Positions 19,207 through 27,114 of a stretch of DNA of 64,000 nt are shown piece after piece; the first letter of the stretch is position 1, and each line of letters opens with the position of its first letter. A program made the position numbers and the translations under genes. The stretch comes from a virus. The notes under the pieces are model-generated. The model saw only the letters and a program-made list of their open reading frames with translations, was not told the DNA's origin and did no database searches. Location: IMG/VR virus record IMGVR_UViG_3300020202_000066, positions 25,960 to 89,959 of that record; one strand, given 5' to 3'.

Positions 19207-19246
19207 AAAGAGAAAGCCCCCGGCGGTCCTGTGACTGCCGGGGGCT
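19207..19246 (-). terminator. Intrinsic terminator (attenuator) immediately 5' of tRNA-Cys
   Basis: agcccccggcagtc-loop-gaccgccgggggct then ttctcttt. Confidence 0.85.
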
Positions 19247-19264
19247 CTCGATCCTGCGTCGTCG

Positions 19265-19333
19265 TCAGGGCGTCGAGACTCCCGGCCAGCCGGCGCCGCG
19301 GGAACTCGACGAACAGGTGACGATGCGGATCAT
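19265..19333 (-). promoter_or_regulatory. Leader peptide MIRIVTCSSSSRGAGWPGVSTP
   Basis: gatAGGAGcagaccATG; TGT TCG TCG AGT TCC control codons; antiterminator complementarity. Confidence 0.8.
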
Positions 19334-19409
19334 GGTCTGCTCCTATCCGCGTCGGGACGCGGTGGGTGCACGCTCGGGCGATCGAAGGAGGTTCACGGGG
19401 GGGAAGAGG

Positions 19410-19712
19410 CTAGACGCCGACGGAGACGACCTTTCCCAGGATCGCGGTCCGCTTGACCCAACCGTTGATGCGGCCGATGTTGTTCCCGATGAGAGCTCGG
19501 TCTCCCTGCAGCTGCTTGACCAGATGCAAGAGGAATCCTCCACGCCAGCGGACGAACACCGCGTCTCCGACCGCTACGGCCATGGGATCGACCGGCGCGA
19601 TGGTCACGAGCTCGCCGCTCTCGATCCGGCCGCGCATCGACCCCCCGAGCGGACGAACCTTCGCGACTCGACCAGCAGAGATCTCCCGCAGCGCATCCGA
19701 TGCCCAGCCCAT
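19410..19712 (-). CDS. Peptidase S24/S26-like domain protein inside the tRNA array
   Basis: G.SM...I..GE.V..P..GD.V...LH.V motif. Confidence 0.65.
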   Translation of the reverse strand: MGWASDALREISAGRVAKVRPLGGSMRGRIESGELVTIAPVDPMAVAVGDAVFVRWRGGFLLHLVKQLQGDRALIGNNIGRINGWVKRTAILGKVVSVGV

Positions 19713-19801
19713 CGCCTGACTCCTCCGGCGACCTTCGTGCGGCCGCCACCGATGCCGGGCGAGTAGGTCGCGCGCTGCGATTCGGGTGCGCGGATCTCGA
19801 G

Positions 19802-19887
19802 AGGACCGGAAGGGGATCGAACCCTTCGTGCGCCTCGCGGCGCGACGGCTTAAAAGGCCGCTGCCGACACCAGTCGGCCACCGGTCC
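19802..19887 (-). tRNA. tRNA-Lys(TTT) with long variable arm
   Basis: gcggc-ctTTTaa-gccgt; variable hairpin gcgcc-gcga-ggcgc. Confidence 0.75.
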
Positions 19888-19889
19888 GA

Positions 19890-19960
19890 TACCCCCGCCA
19901 GGAATTGCACCTGGGTCTCCACGTCATCAGCGTGGCATCCTGCTGTTGAACGACGGGGAT
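19890..19960 (-). tRNA. tRNA-Ile(GAT), G37
   Basis: ccacg-ctGATga-cgtgg. Confidence 0.8.
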
Positions 19961-19965
19961 GCGGA

Positions 19966-20037
19966 TGAACCCGCCGGGATTCGCACCCGGATGCCCGGAT
20001 TAAGAGTCCGGTCCGTTGCTGTTACGGTCACGGGTCC
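19966..20037 (-). tRNA. tRNA-Lys(CTT)
   Basis: ccgga-ctCTTaa-tccgg. Confidence 0.85.
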
Positions 20038-20049
20038 AGAGGAGGGGAG

Positions 20050-20122
20050 CAGCTCCTGATCGTGTCGAGCGATCACCTTCCGGGTCAAAGCCGGACGTGC
20101 AGAGCCGCTACACCAAGCAGCC
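20050..20122 (-). tRNA. tRNA-Gln(TTG)
   Basis: tccgg-ctTTGac-ccgga. Confidence 0.75.
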
Positions 20123-20131
20123 GGGGGAGAG

Positions 20132-20202
20132 CAGCCGCCCAGGGAATCGAACCCCGACCCTCTCGGTCAGAACGAGGTGTGCTGCCACTACACCCGGCGG
20201 CT
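20132..20202 (-). tRNA. tRNA-Gln(CTG)
   Basis: ctcg-ttCTGac-cgag. Confidence 0.82.
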
Positions 20203-20397
20203 TCGGAATTGATCCAGCTGGTTGACGGTGGGGCGGTGAAGCGAGAGCAGCGCCTCACTCTTACCCGCCGAGCGCCCTCGGCAGACCCCTCCGCCGACCA
20301 GCTACGCCTGGCGTTGCTGGATGGGTTTGGCCCGTCCGGGCCCGGGAATGCCGGCACCCGCGACGGGCCGACGCTTGAGCAGGAAGGAGCGGAGGAG

Positions 20398-20470
20398 TAG
20401 CCCGCCAGGGACTCGAACCCTGCTTTCCTGGCTGAGAACCAGGTGTCCTGGCCGGATAGACGAGCGGGCC
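20398..20470 (-). tRNA. tRNA-Glu(CTC)
   Basis: cctgg-ttCTCag-ccagg. Confidence 0.9.
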
Positions 20471-20476
20471 ATGAGA

Positions 20477-20548
20477 TAGCCCGCCGGAGACTCGAACTCC
20501 GCTTCCCCGTTTGAAGGACGGGGGACTTCACCCATAGTCGAGCGGGCC
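20477..20548 (-). tRNA. tRNA-Glu(TTC), C33
   Basis: cccgt-ccTTCaa-acggg. Confidence 0.85.
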
Positions 20549-20674
20549 GCGAGGAACGCGAGAAGGGCCCCGAGGGGCCGGCGTTCGAGCGGACCGGTGA
20601 GCGAGGGTGAGGAGTGCATGCGCCGGCATAGCGCTGCCCGGCCGGCGCGGGTGCATGTCGAGGACGACTGCGAG

Positions 20675-20941
20675 CTACTGGCCCGTCGACGTCGGATGCG
20701 GAGGCGGGTTGGTTTCGAGGTGCTCGAGCAGCGCGCGTACTGCGCAATCCTTCGACTCGATCAGCTTCCTGAGCGCCACGGTGCGCTCCGCGCTGCCGGG
20801 GAGCATCTGGACGAGCTGGTGAGCTAGCACGCAGTACGGCTCGCTGGCCTTCTGCAAGAAGAACGGCAGGTGCGCGAAGCGGAAGAACTTCAGCAGGGGC
20901 TCGGGGGGCGGTGCCGCGGGGACTTCGGTCGTGTCGGTCAT
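20675..20941 (-). CDS. Small helical phage protein (possible Acb2/Tad1-like hairpin)
   Basis: FF.F.HLP..LQ..S...LP..AERTVALRKL.E.KDCAVRA; GAGGAG RBS. Confidence 0.6.
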   Translation of the reverse strand: MTDTTEVPAAPPPEPLLKFFRFAHLPFFLQKASEPYCVLAHQLVQMLPGSAERTVALRKLIESKDCAVRALLEHLETNPPPHPTSTGQ

Positions 20942-21452
20942 AGGCAGACTCTCCTCGTGGTCGGAGCCAGAATGACTTGGGCGTCGGTGTGAGCCGCTGG
21001 AAGCTCCCCGGCGTCAGGGCCCCGCGTGCGATGGAACCGGGTCTTGTCCCCACGGGCCTGTGCTTCGGCCAACCTCGACCGTCAGCAGCTCGGGCGAACC
21101 GTAGGCGCGCCGGGGCGCGGGCGCAAGCACTGTCAGCCGGGGATAGCGAGGGCCACCAGGCTGACGACCGCGACCGACTCCAGGATCGCGACGAAGTCGA
21201 ACAGCAGGATGGCTCGCTCCGTCGGCTCGAACGACCTTCCGTCGAGCCAACGGGCGATCAGGTACGTCACGGATACCTCCCTTCAGCGCGGCAGCACGAC
21301 CTCCGTCGGCGTGTGTCCGTTCACCAGGTAGTAGATCAGCCCGTGCCAGCCGTAGCAGTGAACGATCCACGCGAGGATCGGGATCCCGATGAGGATGAAG
21401 AGGATGAGCACGGCGGCTTCATCGGATGATTCGCCGCGTCGGTTGAGGCGGG

Positions 21453-21728
21453 TCACTTCGCATCGTCTCCCACACCGGTGAACTTCACCGAGCAGCGGAG
21501 GTGCTTGCCGGGCGTGCTGGCCCACCAGTCGTAGAGCCACGCGACGAGGGCGAACGGGGTCACGAGGAGGGCGCACACGCCGGCGACCAGCAGAGGTCCG
21601 CCGATCAGAAGGATGACCAAGAGCCACGGGAAGGCCAGCGGCGTGCAGCCGAGCGCAGCAACCCACCCCGGCCAGATCTGAAAGCCCCATCCGATCAGGG
21701 ACACGATCGCGAGCGCATATGGCATCAC
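21453..21728 (-). CDS. Small membrane protein
   Basis: Two to three hydrophobic segments. Confidence 0.5.
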   Translation of the reverse strand: MMPYALAIVSLIGWGFQIWPGWVAALGCTPLAFPWLLVILLIGGPLLVAGVCALLVTPFALVAWLYDWWASTPGKHLRCSVKFTGVGDDAK

Positions 21729-21936
21729 GTGCCTCCTCAGCAGCTACTCGTCCCCGGCCTGCGGCCAGTTGGGCAACAAGGCACTGGCCAGTGCAGTGGT
21801 TTCACCGTAGCCGAGGTACGGCCCAGCGGGGGACGGTCAGTCTCGGCGGAGGGGACCGCGACCAACTCCTTAAGGAATTGCAAATTCAGCTGGGATCATG
21901 GTTCCATGTCCGCACGGGGGGGCATTGGAGGTTCGC

Positions 21937-22893
21937 ATGACGGATCCGGGAACAACGAAAAGATCCATCTACTTCTTTCGGGTGAGGGTAGCTCCGGACA
22001 CGAACGGACGAGCACAGGAGTTCAATCCGGACGAGGCTGTGCGACGCATCGCAGAACTCTCATTCGCGCGGAACATCACCGGTGCCAGCAGCGCCTACCA
22101 CACTTACCAAGACGGTTCTGCGGTCGCTGTATGGCCCCTGCCGCAGACCCCGGCCCCGCGGGTTGGTTTGAAACTCGGGGGGCTGCGGAGGCAGAACCTA
22201 CCTCACCTTGAGGACGGTGGAAATCTTGACGCGCTGAATCTGCAGGTCGGAAAGAACTTGGCGGAGTTGACTCACATGGTCTTCTTCAAGGAAAAGAAGC
22301 AACTAATCGTGGCTTCGGAGGCCAACTTTTTTGGTCCAAGGCCAACCAGATTTCCGTATTATCTTCAGGCGAAGTTTTCGGATATGCCCCAGATCTTCCT
22401 GGAGCTGCTCGTCAATGAACACATGGCCAAGAAGTTGAACACGCTCGAGGATATCCGCCTGCTTCGCCTCAAGCTGCGACGGAGCAACGCCGATGTTCTG
22501 AAAGAGGCCAGCCCGAGCCTGGCTAAAGCCCTCCAAGCGGCATGCGAAGATGCAGACGCGCCCGTGTTCGAACTCACTCTGCGCGCCGATGAGCGCTCGC
22601 GCCAGGCGCTGAACCCTTCCTTGATCGACATGGTTAAGAACATCATCGGCTTGGGTCTTGTCGATAGAGGTAGGGAGGAGATTGTTGTCCGAGGCTATAG
22701 CAACGAAACTTCCCGAGTGGAGGAGTTCGACCTCCTAAAGGACCGCGCTGTGGTGAAGACTGTGGTCATGAAGGAGTCCGAGAAGTCTCGGAATGTTGAC
22801 TCTGAGGACATGATCTCTAAGATGATCGAGTCCTACGAGGGAGAGAAGTCATGGCTGCTGAAGGCCCCGTCGCTCGCATCACTTCGGCAGTAG
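21937..22893 (+). CDS. Uncharacterised soluble protein of a two-gene moron
   Basis: Opposite strand to neighbours, visibly lower GC, GGAGG RBS. Confidence 0.7.
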   Translation: MTDPGTTKRSIYFFRVRVAPDTNGRAQEFNPDEAVRRIAELSFARNITGASSAYHTYQDGSAVAVWPLPQTPAPRVGLKLGGLRRQNLPHLEDGGNLDALNLQVGKNLAELTHMVFFKEKKQLIVASEANFFGPRPTRFPYYLQAKFSDMPQIFLELLVNEHMAKKLNTLEDIRLLRLKLRRSNADVLKEASPSLAKALQAACEDADAPVFELTLRADERSRQALNPSLIDMVKNIIGLGLVDRGREEIVVRGYSNETSRVEEFDLLKDRAVVKTVVMKESEKSRNVDSEDMISKMIESYEGEKSWLLKAPSLASLRQ

Positions 22894-23402
22894 ATCTCTT
22901 CCTCCAACGCTGGTTCCTGGCGATTGATTTTTGCGTCTCTTCGGGCGCTTTCCTGATCCTGCTCGGAATCAATGCCTGCAGACCGTTCGTCTCAGTCCCG
23001 GCCGGGATGAGGTCGATGCTCTACAGCACCACCGTTTCGCTCTGTGGCTCGCTTCTTGGGTTTCTCATATCAGCTGTCTCTATCATCATTGCCTTGGCCT
23101 CGCTGCCACAGTTCCAGATTCTGAAGGACAGCGGTGCGCTGCCACAGCTGTACCAAGTCTACTTCCAGGCCATATTTTGGCTTGGCGCAGCCACCGCTTG
23201 GGCCTTTGCGGCGATGCTCATCGACACGGATGCGAGCCCGCATCCCTGGGTTGGATGGGTGCAATTCTGGCTGTTGCTCGTGGCTGCGATCCGGACGTAT
23301 CGATCGGTCCGGTATCTTCGAAAGATGACTGTGGCGGCCGCCGCAGCACCGGCCGATGCTGACCGCGCTAGAGCACCGGAGCCGGAGTCGGCCTTCGGCT
23401 AG
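22851..23402 (+). CDS. 4-TM membrane protein of the moron
   Basis: Four hydrophobic helices; overlaps the upstream gene. Confidence 0.7.
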   Translation: MAAEGPVARITSAVDLFLQRWFLAIDFCVSSGAFLILLGINACRPFVSVPAGMRSMLYSTTVSLCGSLLGFLISAVSIIIALASLPQFQILKDSGALPQLYQVYFQAIFWLGAATAWAFAAMLIDTDASPHPWVGWVQFWLLLVAAIRTYRSVRYLRKMTVAAAAAPADADRARAPEPESAFG

Positions 23403-23845
23403 CCGATCGGTGCCCGCTTCGTAGGGCAGGAAGAGTGGTCAGCAACTCTGGTTGACCCGATGGAACATCGCCGGATCGGCCGGCAAGCGCGCTAGGAGGA
23501 GTGGACGTCGCGACGGTGGCGGGTCTCACTTCCTCCGGATCGGGATCGTGCGCCATCCGCTCTCAGGCTTCGAGTCGACCCACACGACCTCGCCCTCGAC
23601 GCCGCAGCGGAGGCACTCCCAGCCATCGAGCACCAACGGCCCGGCGGTCGTCGAGTGCCGTGCGGCCTCCTTCAAGCGCTCCGCATCGCGGTGGATCCAC
23701 AGGTGATCCCAGAGCCAGCACCACACGGCCGTCACCTCGCTGTTCTCACTTCGGCCCGGTGCTGAGAACACCGGGCTCGCCGTTCTCAGCGCGGCAAGTA
23801 CGGGTGGAGCGTGGGGAGGCGAGGCGTTCGGCCGGCTGCGGGATG

Positions 23846-24169
23846 TCAGTCCACGAACTCCGCCGGCCGGTCATCGACCTCGACGGGCTCCCGCTCCGCC
23901 ATCGCCGCGGTCCGATCGATCTTGAACCGGTCGCCGTTGCCCCATGGCGTGGCGGTCACGAGCCAGTTCCGGTGCTCGCAGCCGGCGCAGTCCAGGTACC
24001 GTCGGCCGTCGACCTCCCCGGCGGTGAAGTGGCGATCGAGCGTGGGCTCCCCGCCGCGCTTCTTCGGCACGTGGTCGACGAAGAGAGGACCGCCGCACCC
24101 GCCGCACTCGGGCGAGCCGACCAAGGTGAGCGTGGAGTCGGGGGTCAGGGTTCGCGGGAGCGCGGGCAT
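23846..24169 (-). CDS. Zn-ribbon hypothetical protein
   Basis: CxxC...CxxC; GGAGG RBS. Confidence 0.5.
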   Translation of the reverse strand: MPALPRTLTPDSTLTLVGSPECGGCGGPLFVDHVPKKRGGEPTLDRHFTAGEVDGRRYLDCAGCEHRNWLVTATPWGNGDRFKIDRTAAMAEREPVEVDDRPAEFVD

Positions 24170-24260
24170 GGGGATCCTCCTTGGGGTTGCGGTGTAGGTG
24201 GTGCGGTACACCCGTGAGTGTAATTTGGGTGTGCGCCGCTGTCCACCATGATCGGAGGGA

Positions 24261-25208
24261 TCACCCGGACCGGAGCCCCGGCAGCCGGCACCGGGGGCAG
24301 ACCTCGTACAAGCGGGCGTCTTTGCACACTGCGCAGGGCAGCTTGAGCGTGTCGCACTCCTGCCGGTACCGCAGCGCACAGGGATCGCAGAGCTCGAATT
24401 CGTCGGGCACCGAGGTCCTGAGGTCCATCGATGCGCAGGCGGCACAGAGGTGACTCGTGCATGCCTCCACCGCGAGCGCTTCCTCCGCACGGTTCGGCCG
24501 CGGCCGGGGGACCTCCCACCCCTTGCCGCACTTCTCGCAGCCGACCTGCCTGCGCTGGAAGCCGATGGAGGGTCCGTCGACGAGCTTGTGGCGGATCACG
24601 GCCGCCGCGGCGGTGGGTGGATCGTTCGGCTGCGCGGACTCCTCGACAGGGGGCAACGGATCGGTGGAGCTCCGAGGAATTTTGGGGGAGTCCTCCGCCG
24701 CGGGCGGACAGCGAGGGGGGCGACCGGCCTGGTCGAGGGGCTCGTACACGACCACCCGGACGTCGGGGAGCCCGGCGAAGGCGCGCTCGATCAGGGGGCG
24801 GACGTCGGACCAGGCGAGCCCGCCCAAGCCGCAGCCCAGTGCGGGGATGGCGATCGATGGGATGCTCCGCTCCTTCACCTCACGGACCAGCGCGGCCAGC
24901 CCGGTCTCGATGTAAGCCAGAGTGCTCTTGCCGGTCCAGCGCCGCTTCGTCGGGAAGTTGATGATGAGGGAGCGGGGCCCGAGTCGACCCAGGTCGAACA
25001 CGAACAGGCGGCCCGGGTAAACGTCGCCGCGGTCGCACGCTGCGACGTAAGCCTTGAAGTTCTCTGGATACGCGGCTTTGAACTTGGCGGCGAGGCCCGC
25101 TCCCATCACGCCGAGGCAGTTCACGGGGTTGACCAAGGCCACGACGTCGGCCCAGAGAATGTCGCCTGTGTTGAACTCGATGTGGGACGGGCTGGGCTGG
25201 ATGTTCAA
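24261..25208 (-). CDS. Macrodomain (DarG-like ADP-ribosyl hydrolase) with C-terminal Cys-rich region
   Basis: GDI..LVNPVNC.GVMGAGLA, IINFPTK..W, SIAIPALGCGLGGL.W. Confidence 0.88.
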   Translation of the reverse strand: MNIQPSPSHIEFNTGDILWADVVALVNPVNCLGVMGAGLAAKFKAAYPENFKAYVAACDRGDVYPGRLFVFDLGRLGPRSLIINFPTKRRWTGKSTLAYIETGLAALVREVKERSIPSIAIPALGCGLGGLAWSDVRPLIERAFAGLPDVRVVVYEPLDQAGRPPRCPPAAEDSPKIPRSSTDPLPPVEESAQPNDPPTAAAAVIRHKLVDGPSIGFQRRQVGCEKCGKGWEVPRPRPNRAEEALAVEACTSHLCAACASMDLRTSVPDEFELCDPCALRYRQECDTLKLPCAVCKDARLYEVCPRCRLPGLRSG

Positions 25209-25277
25209 GCGGCACGACCTTTCGGGACGGGACTGGAGCCAGGGAGACCACCCGGCACCGTAGCCGCTCCGTGAAGT

Positions 25278-25844
25278 TCAGTCGACCTCGATCGCGGCGC
25301 GCAGCGTCACCCGCGCCCGACGCAGGGCCGACCGGTGCGCCCCCGAGTGAACTCCCGTCGCCGCGGTGATCTCCCGTTCCTGGTGGCGCTGGATCGGCCC
25401 GAGAATGACGGCGGTCCGCTGCTTCTTCGGCAGCATGTTGATCTTCGCCACCAACCGGGAGAGCACGTCCCGTACCTCGACGGCGATCTCCGGTCCCCGC
25501 TCCGGCCGGTCCGGCGGCTGCACACCCACAGCATCCAGGCTCTCGCACGTGGTCTGCGCAAGGCGCCGGGCCTGCCGCCGGTACCGCATCGACCGGATCA
25601 TCGCGGTGTTCAGCGCCACGCGGTAGAGCCAGGATGAGAAGAGGCTCCGGTGCTGGAACGAGGGGAGAGAGCGGTGGACCTGCAGCCACACGTCCTGCAC
25701 GGCGTCCTCGAGCTCGAACTCAACCACGTACCGTGTGCAGGCTCGCCGGACGAGCGCGACGTGACGGCGGTACAGGGACGCGAAGGCGTCGTGGTCTCCG
25801 GCTGCGGCGAGAGCGACGGCATCGTGGTCCGGGTCGGGCGTCAC
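25278..25844 (-). CDS. ECF-type RNA polymerase sigma factor
   Basis: GD.DAF..LY.RH, EDAVQDVWL, FSSWLYRVALN, region-4 HTH. Confidence 0.88.
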   Translation of the reverse strand: MTPDPDHDAVALAAAGDHDAFASLYRRHVALVRRACTRYVVEFELEDAVQDVWLQVHRSLPSFQHRSLFSSWLYRVALNTAMIRSMRYRRQARRLAQTTCESLDAVGVQPPDRPERGPEIAVEVRDVLSRLVAKINMLPKKQRTAVILGPIQRHQEREITAATGVHSGAHRSALRRARVTLRAAIEVD

Positions 25845-26158
25845 TGCTGGACCACTTCCTGAGAATTCCGGAAAATTTTGGGGAGGAGAGAGGGGGACCG
25901 ATTTTGGAAAAATGGGATGTTACGAGGGGGGGCTACCGGGACCCCCTCCGAGGCGGTAATAATTCCCCACCCTGCCGCGGTGGCCCGCGCCGCCGAGGCA
26001 CGCCCGCCGGACCGAGCTGTCGGCTGCTGCCGACACCGAGCCGCGCTCGGCGCGGTCGACTCGGCTGGCCTGTCGAGGTCGAAACCTGTTGCGCACACCC
26101 CGAGAATCGGGTATGAGAATGGTACTTCTGGTTTGAAGTCGACGAGAGGAGTGCGGCG

Positions 26159-27112
26159 ATGGAGACCCGACCTGTCCCTTCCGAGCTCGTGGTCACCCAC
26201 GAGATCCCCGCCGACCGGAACCCGGCGCTGGTCTATCTGGGCAGCCTTGGGGCCGGCAGTCTCCACTCCCAGACCGGCGCGCTCGAGCAGATGGCCCGCC
26301 TCCTCAGCGGCGGACTCGTCGGCCTGCGGGAACTCAACTGGTCCGCCGTCCGATACCCGCACGTCGCGCGCCTCAGGACATTGCTGGTCGACCAAGGCAA
26401 GGCGCCCGCGACGGTGAACCGATTCCTGGCAGCCATCAAGGGAACTGCCCGGGAATCCTGGCGACTCGGGTACATCGATGCCGAAGAGCTGCGGCGTGTC
26501 GAAGACGTGAAGTCCGTGCGAGGCTCGACCCTCCCCGCAGGCCGGGCACTTTCCATCGCCGAGGTTCAGGCGCTCGGCAATGCGTGCGACCGGACCACCC
26601 CCGGCGGGGCGCGCGATGCTGCGATGATCGCAGTCCTGTTCGGCGGGGGCCTGCGCCGGCAGGAGCTGGTCTCGCTTGACCTCAGCGACTACACGCCCGT
26701 GACCGGCGAGCTCCGCATCCGCGCTGGCAAGGGGCACAAGGAGCGGCTCGTGTACGCGACCAACGGCAGCGCGACCCTCCTGGCCGCCTGGCTTGCGCAT
26801 CGCGGCGGCGAGCCGGGGCCGCTGTTCGTCCCCGTGAACAAGGGCGGTCGGGTGACGATCGCTCGCTTGAACCCACAAGCGGTGTACATGATGCTGCGAG
26901 CTCGTGGCGCCGAGGCGGGCCTCGCCCCCTTCAGCCCGCACGACCTGCGCCGGACCTTCATCGGCGAGCTGCTGGACCGTGGGGCCGACCTCGCTGCAGT
27001 GCAGCAGCTCGCCGGTCACGCGAACATCACCACGACCGCCCGGTACGACCGCCGCGGAGAGCGCGCCAAGCGCAAGGCCGCCGAGCTCCTGCACATCCCG
27101 TTCGGCCAGTAG
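26159..27112 (+). CDS. Second tyrosine recombinase (Xer-like resolvase)
   Basis: RD.A..GLRRQE, GKG.KER, PHDLRRT, AGHANITTTARY. Confidence 0.92.
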   Translation: METRPVPSELVVTHEIPADRNPALVYLGSLGAGSLHSQTGALEQMARLLSGGLVGLRELNWSAVRYPHVARLRTLLVDQGKAPATVNRFLAAIKGTARESWRLGYIDAEELRRVEDVKSVRGSTLPAGRALSIAEVQALGNACDRTTPGGARDAAMIAVLFGGGLRRQELVSLDLSDYTPVTGELRIRAGKGHKERLVYATNGSATLLAAWLAHRGGEPGPLFVPVNKGGRVTIARLNPQAVYMMLRARGAEAGLAPFSPHDLRRTFIGELLDRGADLAAVQQLAGHANITTTARYDRRGERAKRKAAELLHIPFGQ

Positions 27113-27114
27113 CA

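Noticed and set aside
16172-20400. Long ORFs listed across the tRNA array
   Set aside because: They overlap tRNA genes and are expected by chance in high-GC DNA
20549-20674. Glu-sensing leader/attenuator for the two tRNA-Glu genes
   Set aside because: Only a weak hairpin (ggcccc-tcg-ggggcc) and no Glu-rich short ORF with an RBS
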